Origin: Macrostomum lignano
Taxonomy: Eukaryota
Length of the DNA stretch: 30,059 nucleotides
Direction: 5' to 3'
NCBI GenBank assembly: GCA_002269645.1
Contig: NIVC01000902.1
Location: 69,477-99,535, forward strand
The translations under genes and the position numbers were made by a program. Position 1 is the stretch's first letter. The number at the start of each line of letters is the position of its first letter. This document shows positions 11,301 to 19,963 of this stretch, piece by piece. The notes under the pieces are model-generated. The model had not been told where the DNA came from. It made no database searches and saw nothing but the letters and a program-made list of their open reading frames with translations.

Positions 11301-11820
11301 TCCGGATTCCACCGTGTGCCGACAGGATAGGACTTGGAGCTCTTACCAGCTATGTCAGCGTGAGTTGCTACAGAATCTGACAGTCCCAATGTTCTTAGTG
11401 CTTGAAAAGAAGTATCACATGTGCTTTAGGTAACATCAAGTGCTACCGGAAGAATTTATTTAGCATGAGAGCATTTCTTTTTACCGTGCTACTATTTTAT
11501 CATAGAAGCAATCGATAATAACGGCACCCTACTAATACAATGAAAATGGAAACTTCAGGACATTTCCGGTTTTCTATACTTCAAACCTACTTCAGGCCAG
11601 TATTGCCGGATCGCTTCTCCCGTATTCGGAGCTGAGCTAAGCGACTTCCATCTGCTCGAGCAGGCGGAGAAGTACCGCGTGCACGACCTGATCCGATACA
11701 AGGCGGAGTACGGCCGCCTGTTCTCGGGCAGCAACAGCAGCTACGCTTACTCAAAATGCGCCTACAATGATGAAGAAGAATACGGCTACTGGACTCCGGT
11801 GCCTGCGACCTTCTTAGCCT
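70..11820 (+). CDS. Unit 1: spliced gene (5'-partial) for a giant extracellular mosaic protein with C-type-lectin-like, WSC and 14 Sushi/CCP modules
   Basis: Hand-built exons with AG/GT ends: 70-183, 248-451, 788-1305, 1378-1500, 1603-2008, 2128-2397, 2507-2636, 2812-2837, 2881-2966, 3084-3243, 3442-3609, 3728-3952, 4391-4441, 4518-4664, 4764-4808, 4897-5028, 5104-5328, 5414-5674, 5778-6011, 6425-6652, 6797-7033, 7158-7376, 8491-8736, 8895-9113, 9220-9438, 9835-10092, 10252-10473, 10626-10841, 11093-11359, 11596-11820. Splice phases chain correctly, mostly 1-1. Exons 788-1305 and 1603-2008 need indel correction. The 3' end is unresolved. Confidence 0.85.
2507..5028 (+). CDS. Third cap with degenerate CTLD, then a WSC domain interrupted by a four-exon CTLD-like cassette (part of unit 1)
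   Basis: 2507-2966 gives SSCRDL...DC and VPCFF...YNNAELHC. 3442-3609 is the WSC N-half (YLGCYY...CTEACRSWDLPYAM). 3728-4664 is CTLD-like (YCGSRHWHF...GGCVAI...EAASLCGEIGGSVL...PWVYL...PLICFK). 4897-5028 is the WSC C-half (SCFC...LCSTPCS...QCQ...VHRTW). Confidence 0.7.
4096..4379 (+). mobile_element. tRNA-derived SINE with CORE-like central domain (intronic)
   Basis: Pol III A box TAGCCTAGTGG and B box GAGTTCGATTC, then TGTGTCCTTGAGCAAGACACTTAAC...CAGCTCACCCAGTTGTAA, which resembles the MIR/CORE segment as I recall it. It has a (TAATCAA)/(TAT) tail. A second copy lies at about 19580-19886 on the minus strand. Confidence 0.8.
5104..11820 (+). CDS. Array of 14 single-exon Sushi/CCP-like modules (part of unit 1)
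   Basis: Fourteen phase 1-1 exons of 216-267 nt, all multiples of 3. Each shows C-P...(C)xxG[YF]...CxxxGxW...(C), for example VKTCPPP...LSCPDGFF...CLPNGTWTAFENC. Confidence 0.85.
6100..6300 (-). mobile_element. Decayed 3' fragment of an RTE-like non-LTR retrotransposon (intronic)
   Basis: The minus strand reads RRVHLAGHII..EPIKEVLL..LQTPY, then after a shift RRYCDCLL and AGAP. This resembles the post-RT C-terminal region of RTE-group ORFs. It is GC-rich within an AT-rich intron. Recognition is from memory. Confidence 0.45.
7422..8332. repeat. 20-bp minisatellite (about 45 units) with local 60-bp higher-order repeat, intronic
   Basis: Consensus GAGTGACCTGTGACCTGACT with variants GAGTAACCTG, GTGACATG, TGAGCTGACT and TGACA. 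Lines 7921-7980 and 7981-8040 are identical. Confidence 0.97.
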
Positions 11821-12889
11821 GTAAGTTACCTGCGTGTCCGCCTTTGTGCATTGGTTTGCAGATTTCTATAAACTGAAACTGCACGGCTGACGAACGGCAA
11901 CTGAGTCAAAAAGCAGCGACCAGATCTACAGCAAAGTTTCCAACGCCAAACACGGTGAGAAATTTACTGACAGTAGCTTTAATTAACTTTTTAATAATTG
12001 ATGTACGGGATAAAGCTTCATTACAAGGTAACGTGACAGGTGAGTGGTAAAATGAAACAGCATTTTAAACGGCGATGTTAACTTCTTCTTGTTCGTACCT
12101 GAAATACGAGCATGTACAATAGCTTTCAACTTCCGCAATGCTATTTTCATATGTACATTCAAAATTGCATTTATCTTTTAATGACTTTTTTTATTAATAA
12201 TCCTCAACCTTTATGCCTGTTTATGCTTCATGCTTCGTTCCTACGCGTAGACGCAATGCACTGGCGTAAAGTGTGCAACACTGAGTCATATTTCTGGATT
12301 GAAGCCAGCTGTTCTCTTAAGCGACTGTTTCAAACGCTGTGGCAAGAATTCATGTTGGCTTTTTAGTCGTAACTTAAAAAATTGTCATCTAAGTTGACTT
12401 TTATTGCTGTAGAATTGTGTCAGATGCAGCTGTGTGTGCGGTCTGTATTTTCACTATCGCAGTGTATCGTTACTACTTTCTCACTTCATAACGAAGCAGA
12501 TTATATTCATAGTTCCTCATTTCAATAACACGCAACTCGCAAGTTGAAACGGCTGTACTCTTCACGCGCGAGAAAATTAATTAATCAAATGGTGCATCAA
12601 AGCTGTTATTGATTATGTTATTATTGTAAATATAATGTAAATATAATAGTCTTTAAACTGCACGGCAAAGCGCAGGCTAAGAAAAACGCTTGTTTTACTG
12701 TTTGAAATGTGCATAACAAACATCCCTTGGCTTAATCTAGGCCAACCTGAAATCTGGCTCTTGTTGTGCCCGCGTGCACTTGCACTGTTGAGCTATCTAT
12801 TGAGCCCTCAGTGCGGGTGCACCCGCCGTTGCACCTTTCCTCACGTGCCTACCACCCCCGCTTTGTCTGAAGGTTAAGAATTTACGCGC

Positions 12890-13030
12890 GCCGCCCACCC
12901 CCCTTTCTCTGTGATTGGCTGAGCTGCCAGCCTAGCAACCCCCATTACTCATTTGTGATTTGTTAATTGTGTACGCGCTCGTGCCGGCCAATCGGCGGCC
13001 AAGAATTGGCTGTGGGCCCAAACCCCAAAA
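12890..13030. promoter_or_regulatory. Promoter-like or LTR-like CpG-rich patch with three CCAAT boxes
   Basis: GATTGGCT near 12913, GCCAATC near 12987, AATTGGCT near 13003, plus CGCGCGCCGCCC and a CCTAGCAAC half X-box. It lies downstream of the Gypsy remnant on the minus strand. No linked gene or paired LTR was found. Confidence 0.25.
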
Positions 13031-13204
13031 CCTAGAGGTTTGGGGTGGGGGTTGTGAGTGCGCTGGTCGAACTAACCTTGATAAGTCAACTCTTTATGTA
13101 CACAATACTAACTCTAGCAAACTCTCGGTCGCTCTGCCTCGCTCATCTGAGAAAGTAAACTGCCAGTCTGCGAAAGAATTGCAGTGAGTTGCCTCCGCTT
13201 AAAT

Positions 13205-13600
13205 TTCTTGGGCAAAAACTGCCTACGGGAGCTTGTGGCTGGCGGCTCAGGACATCTGCCGGGTTGTCTGCCCCGGCTGGTAGGTGACTTCAAAGGAGTT
13301 CCTGCAGCCGAAGTACCATGCGCTCGATCCACGGCGGGGGCCGCGAACCGGGACTGAGCAGGATGACCAGCGGCTTGTGGTCGGTGATGACCGATGACCT
13401 TGGACTTTGGGCAGCCGCTAAAGTAGTGGTGGAATTTGAGGCAACCGAATTTGACGGTCAGCGCCTCCCTTTCTGTCTGCAAAAGCGCTGCTCGGTGTCA
13501 CTGAAGTTGTGGCTGGCGTAGGCGATTGGCCTGGTGAGGCCGCCCGGTTGCACCTGGGCGAGGATTGCTCCGGTCGGGTTTCGAGTTGTGGGTTCTAGGG
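13205..13600 (-). pseudogene. Ty3/Gypsy pol remnant (RT-associated RNase H), multiply frameshifted
   Basis: Stitched minus frames give GAILAQVQPGGLTRPIAYASHNFSDTEQRF / QTEREALTVKFGCLKFHHYF / ITDHKPLVILLSPGSRPPPWIERMVLRLQ / SFEVTYQPG / NPADVLSR. These are the hallmark Ty3/Gypsy RNase H motifs. Confidence 0.85.
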
Positions 13601-14137
13601 ACGGACCGGCTCAGTGTTCGACGCGACGCGATCTCACGCTCAGATATTGCACTCAGTCCGGCCAGCGGGCTGAAGCGATCCTCAGCTCGTCCGCTGAAGG
13701 GGCCCTGAAGTGCCACACTAGATCAGGCCCTAGTCACAACACTCTTTAACGTAACCCAACAAGCTGGCTTCATCTAACAGCCCAACGATCAATGTATGAG
13801 AATATAAGATCTATGACCTAGCCTAGCCTTAGTTGAAGCCTTGAAGCCTAGTCAGGAAGTCCTTGAGTTAAAGATATTCGTAATTGAAGACGTTATTTTA
13901 GCATCCGTGGTCTGGCCAAAAGATCTTATATACTCTAGATAGACACTCATTTGAAGAGTTTATCGGGTGGTGATCAGTCACTCGAAAACTCCCACTTCCA
14001 GACCTTAAGCCTGGGAACAAAATTCAGTGATTACTTACTGGTGCGGGCTCCTCTTCTTTGTCGGGCAGGTCCGTAGAGCTCGTAGTCTTCCTCCGGAGTT
14101 GTCTTCTTGAATTCTAAAAATCCGTCGACGTCGAAGT

Positions 14138-14236
14138 ATTCCTTGAGTGCAGAAGTCAATACATTCCTCGGGTGCAGAAGTCAATATATTCCTCGGGTGC
14201 AGAAGTCAATACATTCCTCGGGTGCAGAAGTCAATA
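14138..14236. repeat. 25-bp tandem repeat TCAATACATTCCTCGGGTGCAGAAG; the last unit is split by the Tc1 element and resumes at 14862
   Basis: Full copies at 14156-14180, 14181-14205 and 14206-14230, a diverged copy at 14138-14155, and a split copy TCAATA (14231-36) ... CATTCCTCGGGTGCAGAA (14862-79). Confidence 0.9.
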
Positions 14237-14859
14237 TACTCAGCAACAGTCAAAAGTTCCACCCCACTAAGCGAGATGATTTTTTCACTTATTGCGAGTG
14301 ACGCAACCTACGGCAAGCGCAAAGCTTATTGCCGCTTGGGGGTGGCTTGGGTCTGCTTAATGGTCCAGGCCTGGACATTAAGCAGACCCAAGCCCAGGAA
14401 CAACGCCCCGCCACACCAAGCCGATGCTGTTAGTCAACTGAAGGAACAGCTACAGCTGCGCACTCTGCGCTGGCCTTCCCGGTCCCCAGACATGAATCCC
14501 ATCGAGCATGTCTGGGACTTCCTAAAACGTAGAATTCGAAAAGAGAATCCACCATAGAATGTTGCGGAGAGCTCTGCGTCATGCCATTGAAAACGCTTCG
14601 GAGCGGCTTCCCCAGGACTTTCTGCGCCGCCTCATCATTGGGATGCCCCGCAGAGTCGTCGCACTTCTGCGTGCGAGGGGATCCCACACGCATCGCGATT
14701 CTAACTGAATATTGCATAAAAAATTATGATTTTACTACGAGTATTGATAGTCAATCACTTTCCCTTCCTCGCGGCAGCTTAGTTGCGTAACTTGAGGGTT
14801 GAATTGTGAGTGTGAAGTTTTCGCGATTTGGAGGGTGGAACTTTGACTGTTGCTGAGTA
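14237..14859 (+). mobile_element. Non-autonomous Tc1/mariner element (623 bp internal-deletion derivative)
   Basis: TIRs TACTCAGCAACAGTCAAAAGTTCCACCC (14237-14264) and GGGTGGAACTTTGACTGTTGCTGAGTA (14833-14859). TA is duplicated at 14235-36 and 14860-61. A transposase C-terminal remnant lies inside. Confidence 0.92.
14395..14695 (+). pseudogene. Tc1 DDE transposase C-terminal remnant
   Basis: NNAPPHQA...LRWPSRSPDMNPIEHVWDFLKRRIRKENPP, a TAG stop, then after a shift LRHAIENASERLPQDFLRRLIIGMPRRVVALLRARG. The second catalytic D appears as N. Confidence 0.9.
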
Positions 14860-17536
14860 TACATTCCTCGGGTGCAGAAATCCGAGATGCGCCTTAATAA
14901 CAAAGTCAACTCTAGAACAATGACGAGGTACTCCAGAAAGGGCGTCTTCTTCTAGAAATAACGAAATCGGAGTCGTGTGCCCCTATTGGTTACTCCAGGG
15001 TAACAAAATCAATCAATCAATAATCCTCTAAGGGTATCGGAATCGCTCCGCAGATCCTATCCAATCCCTTAGGAAAAGGGAGGCCTCAAACTCAATAGAA
15101 TCAGTAATCTCAACTGATCAGTAACGGCCGACAATAGCACCGCTCTCAATAATCAAATAATCAAAGACTTGAACAAAGGCTTACCAATTGGTTTACCTCG
15201 TTTGGCTGCTATTGAAAAGCCCAAGATTTCTTGAGGCTGCTCAGAGTCTGGAGATTTCAGCTCAGATTTCAAATAGGTATAACTTTCCCTCGGAGATATA
15301 GTCCTGTCGGACTCCTCAGGTCGCTCTGAGTCTCGAGAAACTGTTTTAAGTCTCTTTGGACTGCTCCGAGTCTGAGATTTTAGCTCGGATTTTTGGCTTG
15401 TGTTTATAGGCAACTTTTGCGACCCCAAGGTCGTTTTGATGGGGTGACGGGTTCATTCCTTAGGAATTTGACCCTTTGAAAATTGAATTGAATTTTTGCT
15501 AATACAATAGCTTTCGGGCATCATTTACCATATTTGAAGTTCTAAAATTGAATATTACGAAATGGTCATTTACTGTTTTCGTGATATTACAAAAATGGAG
15601 TGTGACCGCATGGAATTTAAATTTTTTTAGTTTTTCGAATTTTTATCTTACTACTTCTAGTAGTCTGCTTTGTACTGTATTCTGGAGATCTCTACACATT
15701 GAATGCTTAATTAAGAGTGTAAGATGCCATTGAATGTAATGTGAACTTGGCAAGTGTACGGTGGTTAAGCTACTGAACTTGAGTAGCCCTGTTGCGCATC
15801 TCAATGTATAATTCCGACGCTCGTGCAATTCAAACAATTCCAAGAGTTCAGCTTTTCGCTGCTCATGCCGCCGGGCCTCCGTTCTTCAGCTTGACAGCCT
15901 GCTCATGGATGAAGAAAAGAATCTGTTCTCCTGGGCCAATGCTTCTTTTCAGTTGAATAGCAATATACTTTCATGTCCAAAAAGCTACTGAATTCAAAAT
16001 ATCAGTGGCACTTGTAGGTTTTTTGCCAAGGCGAAAAACCTTGCGTTCGAATTTTTCCCATTTGCTGGCATACAAAGCGGCCTATCTAGAGCATATGGTT
16101 GGTCTGCTCCAACAGCAGGTCAACTGAATAAGCCAAATCCAATATCAATCAAATAAAACGGATGCCTAAGTGGGGTTTAACCTCAATCCTATGAATTTAG
16201 TCACATTTAATAACATCTTCTAAAAGCATATAATCTTTCTCTGTACTAGCGGTATTCTGTAATGTGGCAGTGCAGTGCGAGAGTTGCCAGAAAGTTTTTA
16301 TGTATACGAGCCATTTCGCCTTGCATTGCCATTTAGCAGCTAAAAATCACTGCATGCAACTTGATGCGAGAAAAGCAAAATCTGCACGAGATTTTCGGAA
16401 CTACTAGGAGTTGAATGCAAGTTCTCCTTGTCCTTTTGGTTCTCTGCAGACCCAGCAGAGTTTCGAGCTGGTTTCATTAAATTTGACCAAATTCAAACGT
16501 GTCAGATCAATTTCATATTTTGCTTTCACTCGTTTTAGCTATATATAGCCAGATAGTATGAATAGAAGAAAGCAAGAAAGACCTGCATCTGTCATAATCT
16601 GCTCAGCTCAACTAAATTCTAGTGCTCCGCTTCTCACATTCTCCATCTGCGCCACGGAAATGTGCCCGGATGTCGAGGCCAGGCTGCCTTCGCTGTGAGC
16701 TACCGGGAAGTAAAACAGCCGGGTCGATAAGAATGATTGCGGATCGCCTGTTGCTGTTTCCAGGCACGTGCGGCTGCATTGTGTAGCTCACCGGGGCGGT
16801 GGGACGCCAAGCCATTGTCAAGAAAACTTTTCCGTTCTCCCATTTTAGTGACAAACAGAAGGATGCGTGTGGAAGGATTGTATCGATGGCAACGCAAGGA
16901 TGACAATGGCCAGCAAGCGATTGCAGAGTGGCTCTGGAATCCAGCGACTGCCTGTCTTGTGTGAGAGCAAAATGAGTAAGTTGACTGTGTAGAGAGCATG
17001 TCGCAGGCCCCTACAAAATAACTAATACCAAACGGGACTGAGACAACTGAGTCGAATAGCTGATATAAATTCCAAGCTAAAAGTGCAACAGAGTTTAAAC
17101 AGAGCTTCCAGCCTTGCTATGTGCAGTGGTTGGTCAAAAACTCAAAAAATTCCGACTTGAACGAAGCTCGTACATGTATAAAGCAGGACCTGATTTTTCA
17201 GAGCTGTCAAAAGTGAACAGTACTCCACTGACTGTGAAAAACAGTCCAACTTGTTTTATATTAGTACATTAGTTCATTCAATCAAAGAGACAAAGCTCTT
17301 TAATTACTAACTCTTCCCTGTCTATTTCAATAGAATCGATATGCAACCAAAAATACTGAGCAATTGTCTATGGCTGAAAGTAAGGAATTGCGGCAAAGCT
17401 CAAATTCAAATCGGATAGCCACTCCATTGTTTCATTTAGCCAAGTTTTATTCAGTCATTTGGGCAACACTTTTCGAGCTGTACTGCCAATGCACAGCATA
17501 AGAAACAGCTTTACCGTGTGAAGATCTCAAGAAGTC

Positions 17537-19133
17537 CCTAATACTCAGCTTGGTACACAAGTTAGCTTGATGCCACTGTTTTCAGCTCGGCCGAAATCTT
17601 CCCGCTTCTGGTTGCAGCTGTCATTCGCATGTAGTGAAGCGAGTCCCATAATGCGCCGTCTACGTACGCCTCTGTTAGACCTGCCATTACGTACGCCTCT
17701 GTTGTCTGGGTTAGCGCTACCCAGGTCAAAAGCCATGCAGACCTGCTCAACACGATCCAAGGCAGAGCGTGTAGGCTCATCTGCAACGCCACCAGGTCCA
17801 CGCCCTTTGCTGGCATGGGGGCCTTTCTTAATCTTCCGCCTCTTGACCTCTTCATCAGGGGTGAGGCGGCTAGAACGACGCGGCGTCTAATTGATGCCGG
17901 CGTCAAATTCATTTACATGAGAGCACCTGCTAAGCGGAACCTTGTCCCGCATAGCGATCTGTGCCTCAACTTTCTCAACGAGTGTCAGGCCAATCGCGTC
18001 TTCACCGATGGCATTGCCTCAACGCTCAACCTGAGACAGCGCTACTCCGTAGCTATCGACTCGCGCGATAACATCAATGACCATTGGAACCCTGGTGAGC
18101 TTCATTGCTACACCGACGGTTCTAAGCAGTCAGCCAACACCGGCTTTGGTGTTGGAATCTTTCTGAACGGGAGGGTCATCGCTACCCACGCTCAATACAC
18201 TGGGGTCAACTCCAGTGTTTTCCAAAATGAAGTTCTGGCCATCAGCTCCTGCACTGCAGAGCTTCTCGCCACTGGCGTTACTGGTAAGAACATCATTTTC
18301 CATTCGGACAGCCAAGCTGCCTTGCACGCCATCAGTGGCTGCAGCACCAACTCTGCTACAGTCCTTGACTGTATCAAACTCCTCAATGTGTTGGGTTCCG
18401 CCAACAAAATTACCCTTAAGTGGGTTCCGGGGCATGTGGGGATCCGAGGAAATGAGTTGGCTGACACCCTTGCAAAAGTTGGTGCCTCCGGCTCCTCTCT
18501 CGGCCCCGAACCTCTTGTCCCGATTCCTGGCTGTGTCATCGACTCGCGCATCAAAGCGTGGATCAGGACTCAGCACCGCTCGACTTGGGCGAACCGCACG
18601 AACTGCAGGCAATCCAGAGGCGCTGTCCCTCAGCCCTCTCACCAGCTCCGGAAGCTCCTCTTGCGCCTCTCGCGCAGAGACATCCGGGCTGCCACCATGA
18701 CCCTCTCTGGTCACGGCTGCTTCTCCAGGCACCAGTACCTGCAGGGCAACGCCACCAACGCCACCTGTAGTTTCTGCAACTCAGGTGACGAAACCGCTGA
18801 GCATTTCGTCAGCATCTGTCCCGCCTTCACGCGGGCCAGACTCACTTACCTCGGGCCACACACATCTATTACTGAAGCGTGCAAACCCGAAAACTTTAAT
18901 CAGCTCATGCGCTACCTTCGGGCCACCCGCAGGGCTGAACTCTCCTTTCCAGAGAGCACCATAGCTGCTGGCGACACTGGGGGACCTCCCTGGGCGGCGC
19001 CAACCCTCCGTCCATAGCGACGCGTCGGCCGTTCAGGGACTAGCGGAATGGGCGCCCGCGCCTTCCCGCTGTGTCCCCTCCGGGACAGCCCTGCAGCTAA
19101 GTCAAAGCGCCGTCTATTTGCAGAGCCGAGAAT
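17537..19133 (+). mobile_element. 5'-truncated non-LTR retrotransposon with RNase H (I/Loa/R1-like group)
   Basis: Recognisable post-RT motifs start near 17662. It has a GC-rich 3' UTR and a short AATAAGAAG end. Candidate 8-bp TSD AAGAAGTC at 17529-36 and 19134-41; the 5' boundary depends on that TSD being real. Confidence 0.8.
17638..19017 (+). CDS. Non-LTR retrotransposon ORF2 C-terminal part: RT thumb/linker, RNase H, CCHC zinc knuckle
   Basis: The frame is open from 17638. Motifs: VRPAITYASVVW, QGRACRLI...STP...LPPLDL, CYTDGSK, VFQNEV, HSDSQAAL, WVPGHVGIRGNELADTLAK, LSGHGCF, CSFCNSGDETAEHFVSICP. The ORF-track start at 17815 is an internal Met. Confidence 0.92.
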   Translation, partial: SESHNAPSTYASVRPAITYASVVWVSATQVKSHADLLNTIQGRACRLICNATRSTPFAGMGAFLNLPPLDLFIRGEAARTTRRLIDAGVKFIYMRAPAKRNLVPHSDLCLNFLNECQANRVFTDGIASTLNLRQRYSVAIDSRDNINDHWNPGELHCYTDGSKQSANTGFGVGIFLNGRVIATHAQYTGVNSSVFQNEVLAISSCTAELLATGVTGKNIIFHSDSQAALHAISGCSTNSATVLDCIKLLNVLGSANKITLKWVPGHVGIRGNELADTLAKVGASGSSLGPEPLVPIPGCVIDSRIKAWIRTQHRSTWANRTNCRQSRGAVPQPSHQLRKLLLRLSRRDIRAATMTLSGHGCFSRHQYLQGNATNATCSFCNSGDETAEHFVSICPAFTRARLTYLGPHTSITEACKPENFNQLMRYLRATRRAELSFPESTIAAGDTGGPPWAAPTLRP

Positions 19134-19579
19134 AAGAAGTCTGCACCCCGACTTTTAGCTTTTTAGTCTTCTTCGTATCGTTGCACATGTATGCTTTTCA
19201 AAGCAGAAGTCTGCTTCTGTGGAGTGAGCGGGGTATTTGGAGTCGAGGTTGTCCAATGCTAACACAAAGCCGACAGCTGCTGTGCCTGATGCAAACTGAA
19301 ACCTCCTGGGATAGACACTCAAATGCGGGTTGCATCAGTGCCGCCATCCTGCAAAAGAAATTTCCGGAACTTTGCAGTGCTAAAAGCCGTGTAGTTGCTT
19401 CTATCGATTAGCCGCTTAAACTCAGTTCCCTGGCATGATGCAGGTGAGATCAACTGAAGCTTTTTATGAGCAACTAGAAATTTGAGTCGGTAGCTTCTTT
19501 TCTCGCTGGTAGCAAACAAAAATTGCTATAAGCCATCAGCTTGATAGTGCAAATGTAAGTGAATTCTAGCAGAGATATT

Positions 19580-19886
19580 GGGCAGCTGTTGCAGCCGACA
19601 TAATGCCTAATGGGCAGCTGTGCAACCGACAGCTCAGCCGCTGCTATTGCGAGGCGCTTCTAAAGTCTGCGTACGGCTGTACAGTCAAGGACTGGGGGTC
19701 GCCACACACCCCCTCAATTAACCCAGCTAATGCTGGCACCCATTTTACAGCTGGGTGAGCTGAAGCACTGCAGAATTAAGTAGTGTCCTGCTCAAGGACA
19801 CAACTTGTTCCGAGTGAGTCGAGAATCGAACCCCCGACCTTTCAGTTGTGAATCCCACGCTCCAACCAGTAGGCTACAACCCCTGT
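19580..19886 (-). mobile_element. Second copy of the tRNA-derived CORE-like SINE
   Basis: The reverse complement reads TAGCCTACTGG...GGGTTCGATTC...TGTGTCCTTGAGCAGGACACT...CAGCTCACCCAGCTGTAAAATGGG...CAGCCGTACGCAG...GTCGGTTGCACA, collinear with 4096-4379. Confidence 0.85.
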
Positions 19887-19963
19887 CTATAACCCCCGTA
19901 CAGGCAGATAGGTACTTGTTAAAATTGTTAATTAGAACAACTGCTGCAGGTTACGGCCAGGTA

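Noticed and set aside
15030-15480. ORF 15153-15428 and scattered CCTTAGG and GAGATTT.AGCTC.GATT repeats
   Set aside because: Low-complexity peptide and only short imperfect repeats. No TIR pair or TSD found.
15640-16130. Semi-open minus-strand frames (EKEALAQENRFF...RRHEQRKAELLELFELHERR)
   Set aside because: Interrupted by stops and no recognisable domain. It may be a decayed element, but I cannot support a call.
16760-16975. CTLD-like pseudo-exon (DACGRIVSMATQG-stop-QWPASDC)
   Set aside because: Only a loose cysteine and tryptophan spacing, with in-frame stops and no supporting neighbouring exons.
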